Of a DNA stretch of 64,000 bases, positions 39,882 to 49,802 are shown one piece after another. Under the pieces are notes generated by a model. The model was given only the letters and a program-made list of their open reading frames with translations. It was not told where the DNA came from and ran no database searches. Source of the DNA: Candidatus Woesearchaeota archaeon (GTDB lineage: Archaea; Nanobdellota; Nanobdellia; Woesearchaeales; GW2011-AR9); assembly GCA_018676855.1 (NCBI GenBank), contig JABHDY010000003.1, positions 316,359 to 380,358 of the forward strand. The letters run 5' to 3'. Numbering within the stretch: position 1 is the stretch's first letter; each line of letters opens with the position of its first letter. The position numbers were made by a program, and so were the translations under genes.

Positions 39882-40810
39882 TGTGCATCACCTTTTCTTT
39901 CTGCAGCATCGCGAAGGGTACCCTTCTTTTTTAATGCGTCATATAAATTTTCTACTTCTTGAACATTTTCATCTTTCACTTCTTTCTTTTTAAGTTCGGC
40001 AGCTTTTGATTGTGCCTGTTTTAATAAATCTGAAGATGAAACTTCTTTAAGGAGGATATCTTGAACGGGTGCAGGTTCTGCAACTGCTTCTTGTGGTTTC
40101 TCAGGAACTGCTTCAGGTTGCGGTTTTTCTTTAGGTTCTTCCGGTTTCTCTTGAGGAGGAACTTCTGGAGTAGGCTCTTGAACAGGCGTTTTTTCGATAA
40201 CCGGTTCTTCTTTAGGTTCCTCAATAGGTTCGGGAACGTCTTGAATAGGTTCATCAATTGACTTTTCTTCTACAACTGGAACTGGTTTAACCACAGGTAT
40301 TTCAGTAGGAACGTCAACTTTTTTCTCTTCAACATGAGGAACTTCTTTCTTTACCTTTTTCTCTTGAACTTTCTTTTTACTTCCTGGAAGTTCACGAACA
40401 ACAATTTCTATATGTGCCCGTTTTGTACTTCGACGCATTCTTCCACCCGTTACAGGCGTTGATGCTTTATTTGCAAGTATTGTAATAATTTTAAGTTCTG
40501 ACGTGTTCAACCCTTTTACTTGTGCATTTGCCTCAACAGACTTTATAAGTTTAAGGAATTCTTTTGCAGCTTTCTGTGGAAAACGACCAGCAGCCATACC
40601 CTTCTTATGGCCCATATCACTATTAAATTTCTTAAATGGAACTGCCCTTTTTAACCCGATAACTTCTTCCAAAAACATTTTTGCAAATGACGTTCTTTTA
40701 TACCTCAGACTATTACTGATTTCAACGCATTGTTTTGTTGAAACCGGAATATTGAGTGCTTTCGCAAACGCACAATGTTCAGGTTTTATGTCGTTTTGTG
40801 TTATTTTCAT
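39878..40810 (-). CDS. rpl22: 50S ribosomal protein uL22 with ~150-aa P/E/K-rich C-terminal extension (310 aa total)
   Basis: uL22 core in N-terminal half; tail is PEP/KE-rich and ends in a short helical segment. Confidence 0.8.
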   Translation of the reverse strand: MKITQNDIKPEHCAFAKALNIPVSTKQCVEISNSLRYKRTSFAKMFLEEVIGLKRAVPFKKFNSDMGHKKGMAAGRFPQKAAKEFLKLIKSVEANAQVKGLNTSELKIITILANKASTPVTGGRMRRSTKRAHIEIVVRELPGSKKKVQEKKVKKEVPHVEEKKVDVPTEIPVVKPVPVVEEKSIDEPIQDVPEPIEEPKEEPVIEKTPVQEPTPEVPPQEKPEEPKEKPQPEAVPEKPQEAVAEPAPVQDILLKEVSSSDLLKQAQSKAAELKKKEVKDENVQEVENLYDALKKKGTLRDAAERKGDAQ

Positions 40811-40830
40811 TGTTTTTGTTTTTTTTAGGT

Positions 40831-41214
40831 TTATCGTGCAGAGACAGACTTACTTGACCGTGTTGCGCCTACTCCTGCAGAACTGTGCGATACAGATTTC
40901 CGTGTATGAGCAAACTCTCCAAGGTAATGTCCAACCATTTCTGCTGTTATTGTAATAGGGAAAAAATCTTTTCCATTATATATTCTAAGTAATTTATCGA
41001 TCATTGATGGAAGAATGATCATGTTCCGACAATGTGTTTTAATATTATTTTCGCCAGCGTCAATACGTTTCAGAAGACTTTTCTGTGAATCAGTAAAACC
41101 ACGTTTTAACGATCTTCTTTGACGAGCAGGAACGAGTTCAATGAACGTATCCATGTCCATCTGCTTTAATTCATCTTCCGTTTTTCCGTTCCATTTAAAT
41201 TCTTTTATTGCCAT
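40831..41214 (-). CDS. rps19: 30S ribosomal protein uS19
   Basis: Family-level match and operon position. Confidence 0.85.
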   Translation of the reverse strand: MAIKEFKWNGKTEDELKQMDMDTFIELVPARQRRSLKRGFTDSQKSLLKRIDAGENNIKTHCRNMIILPSMIDKLLRIYNGKDFFPITITAEMVGHYLGEFAHTRKSVSHSSAGVGATRSSKSVSAR

Positions 41215-41236
41215 TGTAAATTATGATTTTTCCTCT

Positions 41237-41941
41237 TTATTTTTTTCTTCCTGTCCGCCGTGGTGCAATTTTTCCAACTTTTCGACCAGGAGGAGCACTT
41301 CGCGGTGCAAGGGTTGGTCTTCCTTTAATGTGTGAACAACCACTTCCGAAAGGATGGTCAACAGCATTCATTGAAATTCCACATACTTTTGGATACAATT
41401 TATTTCGTGCACGCATTTTAAACATTCTTGTACCTGCTTTCATGAACGGTTTGTCCGTTCTTCCAGAACCAGCAATTACGCCGATTGCTGCTCGACAGTT
41501 TGGAATAAACTTCTTTTCTTTTTTTGAAGGAAGCACAACACGAACAACTTTATCAGTTTTTGCAACAACTTTTGCAAAGGTACCAGATGATCTTACTAAT
41601 TTTCCACCGTCACCAGGACGAAGTTCAATATTATGAATAAGTGTTCCCTCAGGAATATCTTTTAATGGTAAAACATTTCCACGTGTAACTTCACTCCCAC
41701 TACCAATCGTAACACTGTCACCAACTTTTGTTCCGTACGGAGCAGCAACAAGTGCAGTATCACCAGTAACAAACGAAACTCTCATAAGGGGCGCTGAATG
41801 ACCAGCACAATGAAGAATTTCTGTAATCGTTCCAATAGAATCTTTTGATGGATGCCGTATTGCTCCTTTAAAGCGATGGCTAGGTGAACGATACGTGTTT
41901 GTTCCTCGTCCTCTTCGCTGTGAAATGATTCGTTTTCCCAT
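41237..41941 (-). CDS. rpl2: 50S ribosomal protein uL2
   Basis: Family-level match and operon position. Confidence 0.9.
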   Translation of the reverse strand: MGKRIISQRRGRGTNTYRSPSHRFKGAIRHPSKDSIGTITEILHCAGHSAPLMRVSFVTGDTALVAAPYGTKVGDSVTIGSGSEVTRGNVLPLKDIPEGTLIHNIELRPGDGGKLVRSSGTFAKVVAKTDKVVRVVLPSKKEKKFIPNCRAAIGVIAGSGRTDKPFMKAGTRMFKMRARNKLYPKVCGISMNAVDHPFGSGCSHIKGRPTLAPRSAPPGRKVGKIAPRRTGRKK

Positions 41942-41957
41942 TTTGTAATTATTATAT

Positions 41958-42281
41958 TTATATTAATCCTAAATCTGCACTTACGTCAGATGCAATACTT
42001 TCAGGCCCTAACTTTACAAATGCTCGTTTTTGACCCTGAAATGCATTATGAATATTAACACGTGAAACTTTAACCTTAAACAACATTTCAACTGCTTTCT
42101 TAACATCTTTCTTGGTTGCCCGTGGATGAACAGCAAATACTAACTTATTATCAAATTCTATCTGTCTGATACTTTTTTCTGTTGAAAGTGGAAATTTAAT
42201 TATTTGATATGGATCAAACTCGTGTGAAAGTTCAGGTTGTGCTTCCGGTTCCATTTTCTTTTGTGGTTTATTGTTTGCCAT
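41958..42281 (-). CDS. rpl23: 50S ribosomal protein uL23
   Basis: Family-level match and operon position. Confidence 0.85.
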   Translation of the reverse strand: MANNKPQKKMEPEAQPELSHEFDPYQIIKFPLSTEKSIRQIEFDNKLVFAVHPRATKKDVKKAVEMLFKVKVSRVNIHNAFQGQKRAFVKLGPESIASDVSADLGLI

Positions 42282-42283
42282 TT

Positions 42284-43090
42284 TTACATGAATAATTTTT
42301 TCTCTGTAAGTACATCAACAGCTTTCTCTGTCATAAGTGTAACACGACCAGGCATTGCGCCAGGTGCAAGGACTTCTGCGTTAAGTGAAGATACTGGAAC
42401 AATATCAATACCTGCAAGGTTAGATGCAGATTTTTGAAGTGAACATGTATCACTGACAACAAGTAAGATACCCTTTTTACGTTGGTATCGTCGTCCACGC
42501 ATTGTTCCTAAACCAGCACGAACTTTCTTTAATAATGATCGTTTCAATTCATCTTTAAATCCTAACGTTTGTAAAACTGTTTTAACTTCTTTTGTTTTTG
42601 TAAGATTCTCAAAATCTGATGTGATAATAAATGGGTACGTTTCTGGAACTGAATGGCCTCGTTCAAGAACCATAGTTCTGTTAAGTGTTGCTGTTAAAGC
42701 AGAACAAATAGCTTTACGATTTTCTTTCTTATTAATTTTTTGATCGAACTGTTTAGACGCTTTTGGTGGATGTGATCGTCTTCCGCCCCTTGTCTGAGGA
42801 GATGTTGCTCCAACCCAATAAAAACGTGTTCCTCGACGTGAAAGAATTTTTCTATCAACACGGCTAATACCGAAACCGTAACAACCACGATATTTTCGTC
42901 GTCGCTTACTTATATTTGAAGAATGACGTTTTCCGGCTTCAGGATGTGCGCCGTACGCTTGACGAGCAGAACTTTGTAATGCGTGTACTGCCCTTTTGAT
43001 AATGTTTGGTCTATATGCTTCACGACACTGCAAAGGCAATTCTTTATCGCCAGACTGTACATTTTCCAAATTTATAATATGTAATTTCAT
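42284..43090 (-). CDS. rpl4: 50S ribosomal protein uL4
   Basis: Family-level match and operon position. Confidence 0.85.
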   Translation of the reverse strand: MKLHIINLENVQSGDKELPLQCREAYRPNIIKRAVHALQSSARQAYGAHPEAGKRHSSNISKRRRKYRGCYGFGISRVDRKILSRRGTRFYWVGATSPQTRGGRRSHPPKASKQFDQKINKKENRKAICSALTATLNRTMVLERGHSVPETYPFIITSDFENLTKTKEVKTVLQTLGFKDELKRSLLKKVRAGLGTMRGRRYQRKKGILLVVSDTCSLQKSASNLAGIDIVPVSSLNAEVLAPGAMPGRVTLMTEKAVDVLTEKKLFM

Positions 43091-44052
43091 TGTTGTGTTG
43101 AGATTGATTCCATTGTAAATGCTTCTTTATGTACTTTTCGAGGTCTGATAGCAGCTGTAAGAACAACTGCACGATTCACGGGACCAGTAACTGAACCATG
43201 AATTAAAAGATAATTATTTTTGACAACACCATATCGTCCAAATCCACTTTTTGGCGTAATTTCTTTTCCATCAGTACCAATTTTAAGTATTTGACTATTA
43301 TATTTAGTTCTCATATGATATCCCATTTTTCCTGGCTGAGGTACAGTATATTGTACACGTTTAGGCGTCCATGCTCCCAAGTTTCCAATACTACGTTTAG
43401 CTTTCTCACTTTTATGTTGTAATATTGGAACGCCATACCGCTTAACTGTTCCCTGAAATCCTTTTCCTTTTGTAATACCATGAACATCAATTAATGTTCC
43501 TTCTTCAAAAATGTCAGATAATGAAAGTTCTTTACCGAGAATGTCTTTTGCATATGTTTTCTTTTCGTCTAATGAACCGCCAAGTGCAATTTCAATAAGA
43601 ACAGGTTTTTTTGATCCTGTTGACGTTTGTTTAGGATTTGAATGAACCAATAAACAAAGGTCGATACATTCTGTAACATCATCAAACTTCTTTAATGCCT
43701 TTTTTGGAAGTGAAGTCTTCCTCTTAAGATCTTTTGATAATTTTTCAGCGAGAATTGTTGAACATTTTTCTCTTCCTAATAATCCTTTTCTATAGAAACA
43801 GACGCCAGCAACAGTCATCCCAGGACAGTCGATAACAGTAACGGGAAGTGAAAGAGTTTCATCTTTTGTAAGAGACTTAGGACGATTATCAGTTACCATT
43901 GCATGTGCCATACCAGCTTTATATCCAACAAATCCTAATGGTTTAACTTTAGATTCTGTAGCCCACGACCTAATTCGTGCTCGTGACTGTTTTGACCTTT
44001 TCCGTGGCCAGAACTGCATACTTCCTCGTCGTGGATTGCTTTTTGATGACAT
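43087..44052 (-). CDS. rpl3: 50S ribosomal protein uL3
   Basis: Family-level match; first gene of the cluster. Confidence 0.9.
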   Translation of the reverse strand: MSSKSNPRRGSMQFWPRKRSKQSRARIRSWATESKVKPLGFVGYKAGMAHAMVTDNRPKSLTKDETLSLPVTVIDCPGMTVAGVCFYRKGLLGREKCSTILAEKLSKDLKRKTSLPKKALKKFDDVTECIDLCLLVHSNPKQTSTGSKKPVLIEIALGGSLDEKKTYAKDILGKELSLSDIFEEGTLIDVHGITKGKGFQGTVKRYGVPILQHKSEKAKRSIGNLGAWTPKRVQYTVPQPGKMGYHMRTKYNSQILKIGTDGKEITPKSGFGRYGVVKNNYLLIHGSVTGPVNRAVVLTAAIRPRKVHKEAFTMESISTQQ

Positions 44053-44296
44053 TGGTATGTACCTTTTGTTTGTAACAACCTATACGGGATCCCATCGAAG
44101 AAAATCCTCGATGATGGTCACCTTCTCAGGCCACTATACTATGGTTATTTAATCAGTCATGCTGATCAGTGTAATCATAGCATTTTCATCACTTTTAATG
44201 AAAGTATCAACTATTTATGGAGTTTATTTATAAAGATATCGGTAGAAGAAAAAGAAACATGTAATAGTTGTAAGGACTATATAATTAATAAAAAAC

Positions 44297-44539
44297 CTAA
44301 AACTCTTGAACTTTCTTGACAATAGAATCTATAGAATCACATTTACATTCAACAGCATCGTCATGACCAGAACCGTCAAAATCTAATTTAATAAGATTTT
44401 TTTTGCCACATTTTGAACATAGTGCATTTTTGTAATGTCTTTCCGCATGTTCACACCATTCAGAAGTCCAATCATTTTTCTCAATAAGATGACCACAATA
44501 ACATTTGTCCCCTTTAAGCTGATTCGTAATATGTTCCAT
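44297..44539 (-). CDS. Small Cys-rich (zinc-ribbon-like) protein
   Basis: CxC...C and CxxC...CxC spacing in 80 aa. Confidence 0.4.
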   Translation of the reverse strand: MEHITNQLKGDKCYCGHLIEKNDWTSEWCEHAERHYKNALCSKCGKKNLIKLDFDGSGHDDAVECKCDSIDSIVKKVQEF

Positions 44540-44601
44540 ATTCCCTATTTAAAAAAAATGTTTGGATAAGGTTTATATAACTTACGAATTTTAAGAATAG
44601 A

Positions 44602-45453
44602 ATGAAATATCTCTTCAAACACATGCTTGGAAATGTCATTATTGATGATACTGGAAATGTCATTGGTACTGCTAAGTCAGATACAAAACTTGAAGAGTTA
44701 CCATACGACCTTGTTCAAACAGTGTTAGAAAATTTTAAACAAACAAAATATTATTCTCAACTATATACAAAAAACGTTGCAATAACCAAAAAGGCGATTA
44801 AAGAATCTGTCAATGAAGATAATGTAATAGTACAAACGATAAGTACTATGACAGAAGTAGACAGAACAATTAACTTATTTACAAAAAGATTACGTGAATG
44901 GTATAGTGTATATTACCCAGAATTGTCTCAAGAAGTTTCTAACCATCAAAAATTTGTTGATATGGTTTTAACGCAAAAACGTCCTAAAGAAACTATGGGT
45001 GCCGATTTATCTAACAAAGATGTTACAGAAATGAAAAGGTTGGCAAAACATATTCAATCACTGTTTCAGTTACGATATGAACATGAAACATATTTAGAGA
45101 GTATAATGAAAACATATTGTCCTAACATTACGGAATTGGCAGGTGTAACAATAGGTGCTAAACTGATTGAGTTAGGTAAAAGTTTGAAACATTTAGCAAT
45201 GTTACCTGCATCAACTATTCAACTGTTTGGTGCTGAGAAAGCATTATTTCGCCATCTGAAAACGGGAGCCAGATCTCCTAAGTATGGTATAATATATGAA
45301 CATCAACTAATTCAGAAAGCAAAGAAAAGTTTACGCGGTAAGATTGCTCGTGTTCTTGCTGATAAGTTATCATTATGTGCTCGGTTAGATTATTTTAAGG
45401 GCGAATTTAAAGCTAAAGAGTACAAGAAAGATTTAGAGAGGAAGTTCGGATGA
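44602..45453 (+). CDS. nop5: C/D box sRNP protein Nop5 (Nop56/58 homolog), short form
   Basis: EWYSVYYPEL and Nop domain LPASTIQLFGAEKALFRHLKTGARSPKYGIIY. Confidence 0.8.
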   Translation: MKYLFKHMLGNVIIDDTGNVIGTAKSDTKLEELPYDLVQTVLENFKQTKYYSQLYTKNVAITKKAIKESVNEDNVIVQTISTMTEVDRTINLFTKRLREWYSVYYPELSQEVSNHQKFVDMVLTQKRPKETMGADLSNKDVTEMKRLAKHIQSLFQLRYEHETYLESIMKTYCPNITELAGVTIGAKLIELGKSLKHLAMLPASTIQLFGAEKALFRHLKTGARSPKYGIIYEHQLIQKAKKSLRGKIARVLADKLSLCARLDYFKGEFKAKEYKKDLERKFG

Positions 45454-46115
45454 GCAAACCACAACCACACAAAATATTTGGAATTTTTGGAGATCGGCGA
45501 CGTATTTATACAAAGAACATCATTAAAGGCATGACACATTTTGAAGAAAAAACTGTAAAAGATGGAAATGTTGAGTATAGAGAATTCGATCCACGACGAA
45601 GTAAATTAGCAGCAATGATTACGAAGGGTTGTACAAATATAGGTATTCGAAAAGATGACATTGTTTTGTATTTAGGAAGTTCGCATGGGTACACCCCATC
45701 TTTTGTAAGCGACATGGTTGAAAAAGAGGGTTTGATTTTTGGCATTGATCCTGCACCACGAGTTATGCGAGATTTTGTGTTTTTAGCTGAAAAGAGAAAG
45801 AATCTAATCCCCATTTTAGGAGATGCGTTCCATCCAGAGAGGTATATGGATAAAGTTTGTGCAGTTGATATAGTATATCAGGACGTAGCTCAAAGAAACC
45901 AAACAGCAATATTCATTAAAAATTGTAATATGTTCCTTAAGAAAGGTGGATATGGATTACTTGCAGTAAAGGCACGTAGTATTGACATTACAAGGAAACC
46001 GAAACAAATCTTTGTTGAAGTTCGTACAGAATTAGAGAAAGTGTTTACAGTAATTGATTATAAGATACTTGAACCATTTGAAAAAGACCATTGTATGATA
46101 ATTGTAAAAAAATAG
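45450..46115 (+). CDS. flpA: Fibrillarin-like rRNA/tRNA 2'-O-methyltransferase
   Basis: VLYLGSSHGYTPSFVSDMV and SAM-MTase motifs; overlaps nop5 stop. Confidence 0.85.
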   Translation: MSKPQPHKIFGIFGDRRRIYTKNIIKGMTHFEEKTVKDGNVEYREFDPRRSKLAAMITKGCTNIGIRKDDIVLYLGSSHGYTPSFVSDMVEKEGLIFGIDPAPRVMRDFVFLAEKRKNLIPILGDAFHPERYMDKVCAVDIVYQDVAQRNQTAIFIKNCNMFLKKGGYGLLAVKARSIDITRKPKQIFVEVRTELEKVFTVIDYKILEPFEKDHCMIIVKK

Positions 46116-46164
46116 TAATTGACACTAGAAATGATTAAATAGTTCAGTACAGTTCTTTATTTTT

Positions 46165-46581
46165 ATGCCTGAAAAACATTTAACGGTTGAAAATGTTATA
46201 GAGAAAGTTCAAAGAGCAGCAGCACGTAGTGGCATTGATGATGTTGTTTTTGTTCCAGGTAATTTAACTAATTGTTGTTTGCCAACTTCTGGTGCTATGA
46301 GACAAAGTCAGTATGTTCCAGATGGAGAAGTTCGTGGTGATAGAAATTTTGATTTGGGATATATTGTTGCTCCGAATGGAAATGTTGATAGAGAATCTTT
46401 TAGACATAACATAGTGGCATTTGCTCCAGAAAGATTAAGTCGGTTTGTCAAAGCTTTAAATGAAGAAGGACTTCAACCAACACGATATGAACCTATGAGA
46501 GGGGAACACTTTTATTTTCTTACAGATGAAGATTTTAGAGTACAAGACCAAATAGATGCTGGAAACGTTTTGTATAAATAA
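46165..46581 (+). CDS. Hypothetical protein
   Basis: 138-aa ORF with normal, not low-complexity, composition; no family recognised. Confidence 0.4.
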   Translation: MPEKHLTVENVIEKVQRAAARSGIDDVVFVPGNLTNCCLPTSGAMRQSQYVPDGEVRGDRNFDLGYIVAPNGNVDRESFRHNIVAFAPERLSRFVKALNEEGLQPTRYEPMRGEHFYFLTDEDFRVQDQIDAGNVLYK

Positions 46582-46615
46582 TCAAATTTATATATTCTAC
46601 AAATATACTGAAGAT

Positions 46616-46894
46616 ATGACATTATCTAATGAAGCTGCATACTTGTACATTTATTCTAAAGAATTGGCAAAAGTCAACAAAAAATTGCATAAGTTAAGTA
46701 AAGATGCTGAAAAGGAAGTAAAGAAACATCAAAAGGCAAAAACTGTTGAGCAGAAACTTAAACATAAAATTGAACATACAAAAATCACTGGCAAAATTAA
46801 AGAACTGACAACTGAACATAATAAATTTGTGACAACGTTAAAACATCATTCTATAGCATTTTCACATTCCCTACGGAAAGAACATACACTTTAA
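46616..46894 (+). CDS. Small lysine-rich hypothetical protein
   Basis: ORF from internal ATG; helical K-rich sequence. Confidence 0.3.
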   Translation: MTLSNEAAYLYIYSKELAKVNKKLHKLSKDAEKEVKKHQKAKTVEQKLKHKIEHTKITGKIKELTTEHNKFVTTLKHHSIAFSHSLRKEHTL

Positions 46895-47130
46895 TTTTCT
46901 TTTTCTTTAACACTAATAATATCAACTGGACATACATCAGCAGCTTCTTGGTTAATAACACGTGCTTCTTCAGTATCAATACCTAATGTCCACAAATCAT
47001 TAGATTCAATTGACTTTTTCAAATGTGCCATTCCTTCATCATCCATTTCCCAATAATCTGGAGCAACAGCAGCGCATGCGCCACAACTTATACATTCTTT
47101 CTTTTTATGAATAACAACATATTTTGCCAT
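46891..47130 (-). CDS. fdx: 4Fe-4S ferredoxin
   Basis: CISCGACAAVAP and CPVD cluster-binding motifs. Confidence 0.8.
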   Translation of the reverse strand: MAKYVVIHKKKECISCGACAAVAPDYWEMDDEGMAHLKKSIESNDLWTLGIDTEEARVINQEAADVCPVDIISVKEKEN

Positions 47131-47219
47131 TGTTCACTACCTGAAAAGGTTTTGATATATAATATTTTCTACACAAACCACCAAAAAGCTTATATACGAT
47201 TTTTAATTACTTTCTAAAC

Positions 47220-48173
47220 ATGAAAAAAGGTTTGCTGGTGATGTTTATACTATCTGTTTCTATACTCTTACTTACAGCATGTGGCCCTCAGGTTCCAGCA
47301 GGTGAACAACCTATTGAAACAGAAGCCGCATTACGGTTGGTACAAACGGGAACCGAAGGAGTGGTAGCGCAACCGCTTGCAAACTATCCTCCAGACATTT
47401 TGTACGATCAAAATGAATTAATTGCTATTGTTGAAGTTCATAATAAAGGAAATTATGATGTTGATCAACAAAATTGTTTTGTGCAAGTAACAGGTTTTGA
47501 TGAAAACATATTAGGGACGGGTTTGAGTACACCACGATCATGCGCAGAAAATTTTGGCGTCCTTGAAGGAAAGAACGTGTATAATACCTTAGGAACAATG
47601 AACCAGATAGAGTTTAGGTCACCAAACGTTATCCTTCCAAATAGGGTTTTTGAATATAATCCAACACTAAATTTTGTAACATGTTACAATTATCATACTG
47701 TTGCTAATCCAGAAGTGTGTGTAGACCCATTATTTTATCAAGTAACCTCTGAACAAAAAACGTGCGTTCCAACAAACGTTGGAATGGGTGGTGGACAAGG
47801 AGCACCAGTAGGCGTAAGTTATGTTGGCGTTGATATGGTTGGTAGCAAAGCCATTTTTGAAATTAATGTTGTTAATAATGCTGGCGGCCGAGTGTTAAGT
47901 CCATACTCAGACATTAGAAGTTGTGGCCAAGCATCTTTAGATTATACTGATCTTGACAAAGTATATTATACAGTTGATATGTTAGGTGGTAGTATAATTG
48001 ATTGTAAACCGCGAGACGGTTTTGTACGGCTGAATAATGGAAATGGAAAAATTGTATGTAGTTTTAACATTCACGGATCTGCAGCATTTACAACACCTCT
48101 CCTTATAGACTTAGATTACAATTATGTGAATTCTTTCACAAAACCCATTAAGATTATTAAAACTCCAGAGTAA
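47220..48173 (+). CDS. Lipoprotein (lipobox LTAC), beta-sandwich-like; paralog family
   Basis: Signal peptide plus Cys lipobox; similarity to 48227-49135 and 14962-15831. Confidence 0.55.
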   Translation: MKKGLLVMFILSVSILLLTACGPQVPAGEQPIETEAALRLVQTGTEGVVAQPLANYPPDILYDQNELIAIVEVHNKGNYDVDQQNCFVQVTGFDENILGTGLSTPRSCAENFGVLEGKNVYNTLGTMNQIEFRSPNVILPNRVFEYNPTLNFVTCYNYHTVANPEVCVDPLFYQVTSEQKTCVPTNVGMGGGQGAPVGVSYVGVDMVGSKAIFEINVVNNAGGRVLSPYSDIRSCGQASLDYTDLDKVYYTVDMLGGSIIDCKPRDGFVRLNNGNGKIVCSFNIHGSAAFTTPLLIDLDYNYVNSFTKPIKIIKTPE

Positions 48174-48226
48174 GGTTTAAATACCATAAGACTTTAATTC
48201 TTTTCATATAAGCAAAAGAGGTATAT

Positions 48227-49135
48227 ATGATGAAATCCACAACAGTTATTATGTTTATTCTTGTAGCACTATCTTTAGTATTAACAGCATGTGATACAGA
48301 AGATACCACCGTCCAAATTGCGGGAGCGTTCATTGGAGGCACGCAAGGCATTGTTGCAGAATTTGAACCGTTCGGAGTTGAGGAAGACGGAGTGTCAGCA
48401 ATTTTTGATACGGAAACGTTCCTTGTTGAAGTTACTCTACGTAATAAGGGTGAGTACGAAATTCAACCTGGAGATGTTATAGTAAAGTTATTAGGACCTT
48501 CACAAAGTGAGTTTGGTGGCATCGCTGATTGGGAATTACAAAATTCTGGCGTTGTCGAAAAGATCTCTGAATTGGTTGAATCTGGTGGAGAAGAAACAAT
48601 TTCATTTGCAGATAATGCAGCTTATGAAGGAGAAGTTAACGGTTTACTAGACAGGGAATGGTTTGCAAATGTTGAGTACAAATATAACACGTTCTTAGTT
48701 GTTCCAGAAGTATGTTTAAAGGAAGATCTTACTGATGATAGAGTGTGTGATGTAAAAGAATCTAAACCACATTCAGCATCAGGCGGTCCTATAACTGTTA
48801 CAAGTGTTATAGAAGATACTGCTGGTAAAGGAATCATTGCATTAAAAATAGGTATTAAGAATAGTGGTGTAGGAAGAGTTACAATGCCAGATGCAGAGTT
48901 CAGTTCACGTAAAAACACTTTATCTTTCTCTTTAGATGATGATGCATGGGAATGTAAGTCTAGCGGTAAAGTTAACGAAGCACGACTAATTGACGGTGAA
49001 GCAGAAATCTTATGTAAATTATTAGTACCACTTACAGAAGATACGCTTGAAACCAAAAAAGTTAAGTTAACAATGGATTATAAGTATCGAGACATTATTC
49101 AGGAAACGCTTAGAATCAAAGAAAGTGCTGAATAA
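48227..49135 (+). CDS. Lipoprotein (lipobox LTAC), tandem paralog of 47220-48173
   Basis: Same N-terminal lipobox and shared VEV..NKG.Y motifs. Confidence 0.55.
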   Translation: MMKSTTVIMFILVALSLVLTACDTEDTTVQIAGAFIGGTQGIVAEFEPFGVEEDGVSAIFDTETFLVEVTLRNKGEYEIQPGDVIVKLLGPSQSEFGGIADWELQNSGVVEKISELVESGGEETISFADNAAYEGEVNGLLDREWFANVEYKYNTFLVVPEVCLKEDLTDDRVCDVKESKPHSASGGPITVTSVIEDTAGKGIIALKIGIKNSGVGRVTMPDAEFSSRKNTLSFSLDDDAWECKSSGKVNEARLIDGEAEILCKLLVPLTEDTLETKKVKLTMDYKYRDIIQETLRIKESAE

Positions 49136-49142
49136 ACTTTTT

Positions 49143-49802
49143 TTATTTTATTATTTCTTTTTTTATTAAGAATTCTTTGATTTTTTCATATATGAGTTCA
49201 TATCCTTCAGAATTTGGATGTAATCCATCTTCAAATAATGATGAAGTATTATTATCATTAAAAGAACCAAGAATATCTAAAAACAAAACTTTATTTTCTT
49301 CACAAGCTTCTTTAATTGTGTTGTTAAATAATTCTACTCTTTCATTAGTAAAATGATATTCTCCTTCAAATGGAGAGGTTAACTTTTCATCAACTGGTGG
49401 AATCCCAACAAAAACAATCTCTGCTGGATTCTTTTTAGCTTTTTCAATTATAGAGTTAATATTCTTCCTAAAGTCTTCAATAGAAATCTTTGGCACTTTA
49501 TTTTCAAAATCTTCCCAACGACAATCATTTGTCCCGATAGACAAAATAATTACAAATTTATCTGTTGGTCTTTTAATTCTGGATCTAGTTTTAGTTTCAG
49601 CCTCTATCCTTTCTAATAAATCAAACGAATTGTGACCAGGAAATCCTAAATTAACAACATAATTAAATTGGTCTTTTGTTTCGTGATGTTCTTTTAATCT
49701 TCCTACCCACCCCGAAGTTGGTCTTTCTCCTACTCCAAAAGTGATACTGTCTCCGAAACATAATATACCAAACATCTTACCTATTCCCAACCAATACCGC
49801 AT
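49143..49802 (-). CDS. SGNH/GDSL-family hydrolase
   Basis: FGDSIT block I, GTND block III, DGLHP block V. Confidence 0.7.
   Translation of the reverse strand: MRYWLGIGKMFGILCFGDSITFGVGERPTSGWVGRLKEHHETKDQFNYVVNLGFPGHNSFDLLERIEAETKTRSRIKRPTDKFVIILSIGTNDCRWEDFENKVPKISIEDFRKNINSIIEKAKKNPAEIVFVGIPPVDEKLTSPFEGEYHFTNERVELFNNTIKEACEENKVLFLDILGSFNDNNTSSLFEDGLHPNSEGYELIYEKIKEFLIKKEIIK

Noticed and set aside
44100-44170. Possible C/D box sRNA (GAUGAUGG ... CUGA about 47 nt apart) in the spacer between the uL3 cluster and the nop5-fibrillarin locus
   Set aside because: C box is imperfect (UGAUGG), no convincing C'/D' boxes or terminal stem on either strand. More likely promoter/3'-UTR sequence with incidental palindromes.
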